A stretch of 29,284 bases of DNA from an uncultured Flavobacteriaceae bacterium (GCA_964603125.1 CAZRUA010000041.1:1-29284); one strand, 5' to 3'; positions 21,124 to 26,565 are shown, counted from the stretch's first letter. The notes: a model not told the origin generated them from the letters alone. A program made the numbers and translations.

Positions 21124-21774
21124 ATGGAAACAAAAATATTACAAATAACATCAGGTAGAGGCCCCGCAGAATGCTGTTTAGCTGTTGCATTGACCTTGAA
21201 AGAAATATTGAAGGAGGCTAAAGAAAATAATTTAGCATGTGAAGTAATTAACCGCACACCATATAACATAAACGGAACTTTAGCTTCCGCATCTGTTAAA
21301 ATAAGTGGGAAAAACATTTCTCCATTCATTAATTCTTGGCAAGGTGTATTAGGTTGGATTTGTCAAAGTCCTTTCAGAACGATGCATAAAAGAAAAAACT
21401 GGTTCATAGGAATTGAAGTCTACGACTTATCATCCACTTCACAATGGAGTGAAAAAGATGTTTACTATCAAACACTTCGATCTTCAGGTCCAGGTGGTCA
21501 AAACGTAAATAAAGTAGAAACAGCTGTAAGAGCCGTACACAAGCCTTCAGGCGTGCAGGTTTTAGCTAATGAATCTCGTTCGCAAATGCAAAATAAAAAA
21601 ATTGCGTTAGAGCGATTAAAAGAATTATTTATACAATGGCAATTAAACAATTTAAGAAAAACAGAAAAGCAACAATGGCAAAATCATAATTGTGTTGAAA
21701 GAGGTAATCCAAAAAGAATTTACAAAGGAATCAATTTCAAAAAAGAAAAAATTGGACGTAGTCGAATCAATTGA
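21124..21774 (+). CDS. prfH: Peptide chain release factor homolog RF-H (PrfH)
   Basis: GGQ motif in context (LRSSGPGGQNVNKVETAVRAVH). The N-terminal GPAECCLAV, WICQSPFRTMHKRKNWFIGI and C-terminal ERGNPKRIYKG all align with my recollection of E. coli PrfH. Length is 216 aa. Confidence 0.85.
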   Translation: METKILQITSGRGPAECCLAVALTLKEILKEAKENNLACEVINRTPYNINGTLASASVKISGKNISPFINSWQGVLGWICQSPFRTMHKRKNWFIGIEVYDLSSTSQWSEKDVYYQTLRSSGPGGQNVNKVETAVRAVHKPSGVQVLANESRSQMQNKKIALERLKELFIQWQLNNLRKTEKQQWQNHNCVERGNPKRIYKGINFKKEKIGRSRIN

Positions 21775-21900
21775 TAATAAAGGATTCCAAAGCAAATGAG
21801 AAATTAAAAATTAAAAACTAGCAAGTATTAAAAAATTAAAACGAAACATACAGAATTCAATTTTGATTTATAAAAAATAAAATTGAAATAATAAATTTAT

Positions 21901-22185
21901 AATAATTTTAAATAAGGCTCGAAACACCTTTAAAATAAAGCTCTTCAAGGCAGTATGTTTTTAGAAAAGAAAAATATTTAAAATTTATTTCATAAAATAT
22001 TTTTTCAATTCAAAAATTTGATTTAGTTTTGCATCATAAAATATTAAAAATAAAATGAAAAATAGTTTTACATATCGTCAAAAGTCAATCCTGATAGGGC
22101 ATGCGCCGTTATCATATTGCATGGGGTGGTAAAATTATTTTAAATAATAATTCTAAACCCCGATACGCTCGGGGTTTTTTTATGA
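21901..22185 (+). repeat. Copy 2 of the diverged direct repeat (promoter-like elements, ~145-nt transcript region, terminator), downstream of prfH and upstream of the Rnl5-like ATP-dependent ligase gene
   Basis: TTTG at 22005-22008 and TAgTTTTG at 22024-22031. A terminator ccccga-tacgc-tcgggg plus T7 lies at 22155-22181. Homologous to 19141-19397. Confidence 0.4.
22155..22181 (+). terminator. Intrinsic terminator ending repeat copy 2
   Basis: aaaccccga tacgc tcggggttt followed by tttttttatg. Confidence 0.55.
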
Positions 22186-22296
22186 AATAAAAAATGCGAG
22201 TTAGAGAAAATAAAATACAAAACCTGTTTAGTTCAGCCAGTAAATTACCGGCTTACATACTGCGGTTGCGGAAATAATTATGATTGTAAACAATTG

Positions 22297-22328
22297 TAAA
22301 ACCCGTAACCAAAAGTTTCGGGTTTTTT
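22297..22328 (+). terminator. Second tandem terminator-like hairpin upstream of the Rnl5-like ATP-dependent ligase gene
   Basis: aacccg ... cgggtt stem followed by tttttttatgaa. This is the same tail sequence as the 22155 terminator, so the ~145-bp unit is repeated in tandem. Confidence 0.45.
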
Positions 22329-22379
22329 TATGAACAAAAATTGCTAAGGTGTCTCAGTACCAAAGCATGTTAGAGGAAG

Positions 22380-22407
22380 CCTTCCATCAAATGGGTGGAA
22401 GGTTTTA
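22380..22407 (+). terminator. Third hairpin plus T-run immediately upstream of the Rnl5-like ATP-dependent ligase gene start
   Basis: ccttcc-atcaaatgggt-ggaagg followed by ttttat, about 30 nt before the ATG at 22438. Confidence 0.35.
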
Positions 22408-22437
22408 TAAAAAATAAAAGAAAGGAGAAAAAATAAA

Positions 22438-23439
22438 ATGAGGAAATTAGCTTCAATACAAAAAATTAAAAATATAGAACCAATCGAAGGTGCAGATTCA
22501 ATTATGAAAGCAAGTGTTTTAGGTTGGCAATTAGTAATTAGAAAAGATGAATTTAAAATTGGTGATTTATGCGTTTACTGTGAAATTGACAGTGTATTAC
22601 CCGATAAACCAGAATTTGAATTTATCCGTGCTAAAACTAATCGTATTAAAACTATAAAATTACGTGGTCAAATTTCACAAGGTATCTGCTTTCCATTATC
22701 AGTTTTACCAGAAGGTATAGAGATTGTTGAGGATTTAGACGTTACAGAAATAATTGGTGTAACAAAATTTGAACCGCCAATTCCTGCTAACTTAGCTGGT
22801 GAGATTAAAGGCTTATTTCCTTCATTCATGCCTAAAACAGATGAAACTAGGGTGCAAGTTTTACAACATGTTTTAGATCAATACAAAGGATTAACCTGTT
22901 ACATTGCTGAGAAATTAGATGGAAGCTCTGTAACTTATTACTTCAAAGATGGTGAGTTTGGAGTTTGTTCGCGGAATTTAGATATAGTTAAAAACGAAGA
23001 AAACTCAATGTGGAAATTTGCAATTGAGAACGATTTAGAACAAAAGTTAAAATCATTAAACAAAAACATTTGCTTACAAGGTGAAATAATTGGTGAGGGT
23101 ATTCAAAAAAATAAATACAAGTTAAAAGGTCAAACGGTTTTCTTTTTTAATGTATTTGATATTGATAAATATGAATACTTATCATTAAGCTACTTTAAGC
23201 AAATAATAAATGATTTGAACTTAAAGCATGTTCCAATTATTGAAGATCAATATGAGTTAACGAACAATATGGATGAATTAATTTTAAAATCTAAATTAAA
23301 GTCGACGTTAAACAAAGATACAATCGCTGAAGGTATTGTTATCAGGCCAACGACAGAGATGATTGAAAAACATAAATTACAAGGACGCTTGTCGTTTAAA
23401 GTTATCAATCCAGATTTTTTAATAAAATACGACGAGTAA
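22438..23439 (+). CDS. ATP-dependent RNA ligase, Rnl5-like (DraRnl/NgrRnl-type: N-terminal OB-like domain plus nucleotidyltransferase domain)
   Basis: Motif I KxDG (AEKLDGSSV), motif IV EGIVIR, motif III-like FFFNVFDI and a motif V-like RLSFKVINPD. The N-terminus MRKLASIQKIKNIEPIEGADSI ... GWQLV resembles the N-terminal domain of Deinococcus/Naegleria nick-sealing RNA ligases. Confidence 0.65.
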   Translation: MRKLASIQKIKNIEPIEGADSIMKASVLGWQLVIRKDEFKIGDLCVYCEIDSVLPDKPEFEFIRAKTNRIKTIKLRGQISQGICFPLSVLPEGIEIVEDLDVTEIIGVTKFEPPIPANLAGEIKGLFPSFMPKTDETRVQVLQHVLDQYKGLTCYIAEKLDGSSVTYYFKDGEFGVCSRNLDIVKNEENSMWKFAIENDLEQKLKSLNKNICLQGEIIGEGIQKNKYKLKGQTVFFFNVFDIDKYEYLSLSYFKQIINDLNLKHVPIIEDQYELTNNMDELILKSKLKSTLNKDTIAEGIVIRPTTEMIEKHKLQGRLSFKVINPDFLIKYDE

Positions 23440-23547
23440 TTAAGAATGTAGAATGATGAATTCAGAACTAAAGCGACAAATAAAATTCAGTTTTTTATAT
23501 CTACCGAATTACGGTTGAATGGAGATCGTATGCTTAACTAAGCATAA

Positions 23548-23580
23548 GCCCGGTCTCAAAAGGATCGGGCTTTTTGTTTT
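23548..23580 (+). terminator. Terminator after the Rnl5-like ATP-dependent ligase gene
   Basis: agcccg-(13 nt)-cgggct followed by ttttgtttt. It is preceded by a second hairpin, tatgctta/taagcata, at 23530-23547. Confidence 0.5.
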
Positions 23581-23596
23581 ATTGCCTTCTTAGCCG

Positions 23597-23614
23597 ATCC
23601 CGATTGTAATCGGG
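23597..23614. repeat. Variant copy of the CCCGAT-N4-ATCGGG palindromic hairpin (TCCCGATTGTAATCGGGA)
   Basis: cccgatt/aatcggg is a 7-bp inverted repeat. It shares its arms with the 18-bp palindrome at 23649, 23732 and 26642. Confidence 0.5.
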
Positions 23615-23648
23615 AAGGCACTTGTCTTAGAAAAGAAAGGTGAGTTCG

Positions 23649-23666
23649 TCCCGATAGCTATCGGGA
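23649..23666. repeat. 18-bp perfect palindrome TCCCGATAGCTATCGGGA (copy 1)
   Basis: Exactly self-complementary. An identical copy lies 83 bp downstream. Confidence 0.6.
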
Positions 23667-23672
23667 TTGCAG

Positions 23673-23761
23673 AAGGCACAATGCACTTGTGGCGGAAATG
23701 GTATACGCAACAGACTTAAACTCTGTTATGAATGTTGGTTCTCCCGATAGCTATCGGGACT
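23673..23761 (+). tRNA. tRNA-Leu(TAA)-like type-II tRNA-like gene with non-canonical T-arm region (possible pseudo-tRNA)
   Basis: Acceptor GCACTTG/CATGTGC with one T-T mismatch. D-arm GCG-(11 nt with GG)-CGC. Anticodon arm AACAGA/TCTGTT with loop CTTAAAC (anticodon TAA). The T-arm position is occupied by the 18-bp palindrome (23732-23749) instead of a GTTCRANYC loop. Confidence 0.3.
23732..23749. repeat. 18-bp perfect palindrome TCCCGATAGCTATCGGGA (copy 2), embedded in the Leu-like tRNA-like element
   Basis: Identical to the copy at 23649-23666. Confidence 0.6.
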
Positions 23762-23767
23762 ATCATG

Positions 23768-23854
23768 TGCACTAAGAGGAGAAATAATCGAGCAGGGCTC
23801 GAACTTGTTTGCTAAACAATGTGTCCGCCTAATGGTGGTTGAGTGTCGGGAACT
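23768..23854 (+). tRNA. tRNA-Ser(GCT)-like type-II tRNA-like gene with non-canonical D-arm and T-loop
   Basis: Acceptor GGAGAAA/TTTCTCC is perfect. A CTTGT/ACAAT stem carries the loop TTGCTAA (anticodon GCT). The variable arm is CCGCC-TAAT-GGTGG. The T-arm is TGAGT-GTCGGGA-ACTCA and lacks the TTC T-loop signature. Confidence 0.3.
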
Positions 23855-23868
23855 CATTTCTCCGCAAA

Positions 23869-23951
23869 GGAAGATAGCGACCAGTGGTGGTCAGGCAGAC
23901 TTGAAATCTGCAGCGGTCTGAAAGGACAGGGTTCGACTCCTATATCTTCCG
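23869..23951 (+). tRNA. tRNA-Ser(TGA)-like type-II tRNA with weak T-stem
   Basis: Acceptor GGAAGAT/ATCTTCC is perfect. Anticodon arm GCAGA-CTTGAAA-TCTGC gives anticodon TGA. The variable arm is GTCT-GAAA-GGAC. The T-loop TTCGACT is canonical but the T-stem has only 3 bp. The D-arm GACC-AGTGGT-GGTC has one extra nucleotide at each junction. Confidence 0.4.
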
Positions 23952-23982
23952 CAAGTATTAAATTAAAATTGTTCTTTAAACA

Positions 23983-24055
23983 CGATTTATAGTATAATGG
24001 ATAACACACCCGATTACGACTCGGGAGACTTAAGGTTCGAGTCCTTATAAATCGA
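23983..24055 (+). tRNA. tRNA-Arg(ACG)
   Basis: 73 nt. Acceptor CGATTTA/TAAATCG. Anticodon arm CCCGA-TTACGAC-TCGGG. T-arm TAAGG-TTCGAGT-CCTTA. The D-stem has one A-C mismatch. The gene is AT-rich, and CCA is not encoded. Confidence 0.65.
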
Positions 24056-24060
24056 CGAAA

Positions 24061-24134
24061 TGAGATATAGCTCAACAGGTAAGAGCAGGTGCCTTATACG
24101 CACAAGGCTATAGGTTCAAATCCTATTATCTCAA
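24061..24134 (+). tRNA. tRNA-Ile(TAT)
   Basis: 74 nt. Acceptor TGAGATA/TATCTCA (U1-A72). D-arm GCTC-AACAGGTAA-GAGC. Anticodon loop CTTATAC (anticodon TAT). T-arm ATAGG-TTCAAAT-CCTAT. One G-A mismatch closes the anticodon stem. Confidence 0.6.
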
Positions 24135-24143
24135 CAAATAAAT

Positions 24144-24216
24144 CGGTCTATAGCTCAGATGGCAGAGCACCGTCCTTTTAAGACGGGAGTCCTTGGTTCG
24201 AATCCAAGTAGGCCGA
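24144..24216 (+). tRNA. tRNA-Lys(TTT)
   Basis: Fully canonical cloverleaf. Acceptor CGGTCTA/TAGGCCG (one G-U). D-arm GCTC-AGATGGCA-GAGC. Anticodon arm CCGTC-CTTTTAA-GACGG. T-arm CTTGG-TTCGAAT-CCAAG. Confidence 0.8.
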
Positions 24217-24226
24217 CAAATAAAAA

Positions 24227-24299
24227 CGGGATGTATTTCAATTGGTAGAATACGTGTTCTGGAAACATGAGGTTGCAGGTTCGAGTCCTGCCATCCCGA
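24227..24299 (+). tRNA. tRNA-Pro(TGG)-like with C at position 33 and an A/U-rich 3-bp D-stem
   Basis: Acceptor CGGGATG/CATCCCG. T-arm GCAGG-TTCGAGT-CCTGC. Anticodon stem CGTGT/ACATG with loop TCTGGAA (C33, anticodon TGG). An alternative fold gives a 9-nt loop. Confidence 0.5.
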
Positions 24300-24304
24300 C
24301 GAAT

Positions 24305-24378
24305 GGTGAAATTAGTGTAATGGCAAACACAAAAGCCTGTGAAGCTTTTAATACAGGTTCGATTCCCTTATTTCACCC
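24305..24378 (+). tRNA. tRNA-His(GTG)-like (G-1 encoded) with weak T-stem
   Basis: G-1 plus GTGAAAT/ATTTCAC, with C73. D-arm GTGT-AATGGCAA-ACAC. Anticodon arm AAAGC-CTGTGAA-GCTTT. The T-loop TTCGATT is flanked by a 3-of-5 paired stem (ACAGG/CCCTT). Confidence 0.5.
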
Positions 24379-24381
24379 ATT

Positions 24382-24454
24382 GGACAAGTAGCAAACGTGG
24401 TGTATGCGCTGGACTGAAAATCCAGAGAAAGTGGTTCAACCCCACTCTTGTCCA
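24382..24454 (+). tRNA. tRNA-Phe(GAA)
   Basis: Acceptor GGACAAG/CTTGTCC. Anticodon arm CTGGA-CTGAAAA-TCCAG. T-arm AGTGG-TTCAACC-CCACT. 3-bp D-stem with an 11-nt loop and a 4-nt variable loop. Confidence 0.65.
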
Positions 24455-24521
24455 CAAAAATTATTAGTAAAGCAAAAGCTATCTGGCTAAAAAAGAGATA
24501 GTAAATAATTAAAACAAAAAA

Positions 24522-24857
24522 ATGAAAACAACTTTCGAATTCAGAAAAAAGTTTTTAGAAGGTAGAGATGATTCAGGAAGATTCATTGTAACATCATACC
24601 GAACTGGTAAGACGTATTTTATCGAACCTATTGGCCCTGATAGAGCCGCTGATTGGGGAAGTTACAATCCTTCAACAGGAAACATCGAAAACAAAAAAGG
24701 TTTTGATAAACATAGAGGTGCAATTGATGAAAAAGATTCTCTAATTACGAAGGAAAATGGATTCCTTGATATTAGATATTCGGGAGTAGGAGGATCACCT
24801 TTTAGTGTAATTGAAAAAATGGATGCTCAGTATCCCAACATCAATAAAATTCACTAA
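24522..24857 (+). CDS. Hypothetical 111-aa protein embedded in the tRNA array
   Basis: ORF with a proper ATG. I recognise no motif. It lies between tRNA-Phe and tRNA-Tyr and is followed by the hairpin gcggaatt ... aattccgc at 24869-24892. Confidence 0.45.
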   Translation: MKTTFEFRKKFLEGRDDSGRFIVTSYRTGKTYFIEPIGPDRAADWGSYNPSTGNIENKKGFDKHRGAIDEKDSLITKENGFLDIRYSGVGGSPFSVIEKMDAQYPNINKIH

Positions 24858-24868
24858 TGATACTTCTA

Positions 24869-24892
24869 AAAATAAAGCGGAATTTGAAAAAT
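24869..24892 (+). terminator. Hairpin after the 111-aa ORF (8-bp stem, no T-tract)
   Basis: gcggaatt-tgaaaaatt-aattccgc. Confidence 0.3.
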
Positions 24893-24905
24893 TAATTCCG
24901 CAATT

Positions 24906-24989
24906 GGGAATGCGCTAACGATGGTGAGTTAGACTGGTCTGTAACACCAGGGTCATTTGACTTAATAGGTTCGAATCCTATCATTCCCA
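24906..24989 (+). tRNA. tRNA-Tyr(GTA), type II
   Basis: Acceptor GGGAATG/CATTCCC. D-arm CTAA ... TTAG. Anticodon arm CTGGT-CTGTAAC-ACCAG. Long variable arm GTCA-TT-TGAC. T-arm ATAGG-TTCGAAT-CCTAT. Position 8 is C. Confidence 0.65.
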
Positions 24990-25034
24990 CAACAATTATC
25001 GTTTCAAGCCGAAATTGTTATATAGTTCTTTGAT

Positions 25035-26039
25035 TTAATAGTTTTTCAATGCGTCTTTAAATCGCTCTTGCATTTTAAGGCTTAATCTTCTTGGACTTAG
25101 CACTTTTACATGCTCACCATAACCGAGCAGTTCTCGTTCTAACTCAAAGTTCCAAATAACTTTAATAGAAAAGATTGTTCCATCATCTTCTTCTTTTAAT
25201 ACTTCTTGGGAAACGTGGAGTGGTTTTGTAATAATATATGGTGCATGTTCTTTAACAAACTTAAGCACTATGGTTTGGGCTCTTTGATTAATGTTTTTAG
25301 TTACTCCAATTGTATCGGCGTAATAATCATTAACATTAAAGTCAGGCTTTACATACTTCTCTGAGTTTAATTCCTGAATATTGAGTATTCTATCCAGAGC
25401 AAGATTCATAATCGTTTTATTCTTTCGAGTTGCACCAAGAATAAACCATCTATTACGATACTCTTTAAGCAAATACGGATAAAAAATAATTTGCTGAGGA
25501 ATACGAGCTTTAAAAGATTGATAAGAAATTTCAAGCGTTTTTTTGCTAATAATTGCCTTATGCAAAATATCGATATACTTTAAACCTTTCACGAGCACAT
25601 TCTTTTCAAACTCAATATAGGATTTACCTTTATGGCTTTGTTTGTAGAGTTTATCTTCAAGTCGAGTTACCATTCCGTTAAGCTCCTCAAAAAAACCAAA
25701 TGCTTTAAACTGCTTTAAAACATCAACTACTTCATTCAAAGTATTCATGTCTTGTTGAGTTAAAGGATTATTTGTGATACTGTAGTCTTTCTCGGCGTAA
25801 CTATAATACTTTTTATCACTTACAATAATTGGCGCATTGTACCCAAGCTTTTCGCTTCGCATATTATAAATATCGAGTTGTAAAGTTCGTCGACTAACGC
25901 CAGTAGTAATTCCTTCGTATTCATAAAGCGCATCAGAGCAAGCTTCCATAAGATCTTCTAATGTCCATTTACGAAAACGGTTTTGCAAACAGTTATCAAT
26001 TGTTTTATAACGAATAAGGGCTAATTTGTTTATTGACAT
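25035..26039 (-). CDS. WYL-domain transcriptional regulator (N-terminal HTH, central WYL, C-terminal extension)
   Basis: 334 aa. The WYL-domain signature RNRWFILGATRKNKTIMNLALDRILNI gives the W-F/Y-L triad and an (L/F)RLDRI motif. The N-terminal MSINKLALIRYKTIDNCLQNR is HTH-like. Confidence 0.65.
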   Translation of the reverse strand: MSINKLALIRYKTIDNCLQNRFRKWTLEDLMEACSDALYEYEGITTGVSRRTLQLDIYNMRSEKLGYNAPIIVSDKKYYSYAEKDYSITNNPLTQQDMNTLNEVVDVLKQFKAFGFFEELNGMVTRLEDKLYKQSHKGKSYIEFEKNVLVKGLKYIDILHKAIISKKTLEISYQSFKARIPQQIIFYPYLLKEYRNRWFILGATRKNKTIMNLALDRILNIQELNSEKYVKPDFNVNDYYADTIGVTKNINQRAQTIVLKFVKEHAPYIITKPLHVSQEVLKEEDDGTIFSIKVIWNFELERELLGYGEHVKVLSPRRLSLKMQERFKDALKNY

Positions 26040-26247
26040 GATTTCGAATTGAGAATGATAACCAAAAATACAAAAATCAACGCAATGTAAATGCGCAGTT
26101 CAAATAATTCTGAAATGAAATAAAATTAATTCCTTTCATTTCCAGTCAATTATCAAAATATGTAAAGAATTCATTTACTACGCAAATTGACTGCGCACTT
26201 CTTTAATTCCTTTGTATCCATATAAAAACAAAAAATGAAATCGACAT

Positions 26248-26565
26248 ATGAATAAATATATAAGATTAAAAGAAGAGTTAGAAAAAATAGGAATAGGTAA
26301 AATGAAATGCTTTGGAAACTCAATGCTTCCAATTTTAAAAAGCGGCTCATTGCTAACCTTTAAAAAAGAAAATGATTACAAAGTAAATGATATTGTGTTT
26401 TGTAAAGTGAAAGGGAGATTCATCGATGCGCACCTAATTACAAAGATTGATGCAAACAGAGGGTATCTGATAGCAAACAATCATGGTTATGAAAATGGTT
26501 GGACAAAAATAATATATGGAAAAGCCGTATACAGTGAATTTAAGAATGAAAGTAAAAAACTATAA
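26248..26565 (+). CDS. S24-family (LexA/UmuD-like) peptidase domain protein, stand-alone
   Basis: GNSMLP matches the G-[DN]-S-M-x-P catalytic Ser motif of S24/S26 peptidases. A downstream Lys (KVKGRF) could serve as the general base. Only 105 aa, so the peptidase domain alone. Confidence 0.45.
   Translation: MNKYIRLKEELEKIGIGKMKCFGNSMLPILKSGSLLTFKKENDYKVNDIVFCKVKGRFIDAHLITKIDANRGYLIANNHGYENGWTKIIYGKAVYSEFKNESKKL

Noticed and set aside
19141-22185. Y RNA / Rsr-type module (Y RNAs commonly accompany RtcB)
   Set aside because: No Ro60/Rsr (TROVE) gene is present in the window, so the repeat elements are reported only as candidate sRNAs or leaders.
23854-24075. ORF 23854-24075(-), 73 aa
   Set aside because: It overlaps the Ser-like, Arg and Ile tRNA genes on the opposite strand, so it is an artefact of the tRNA array.
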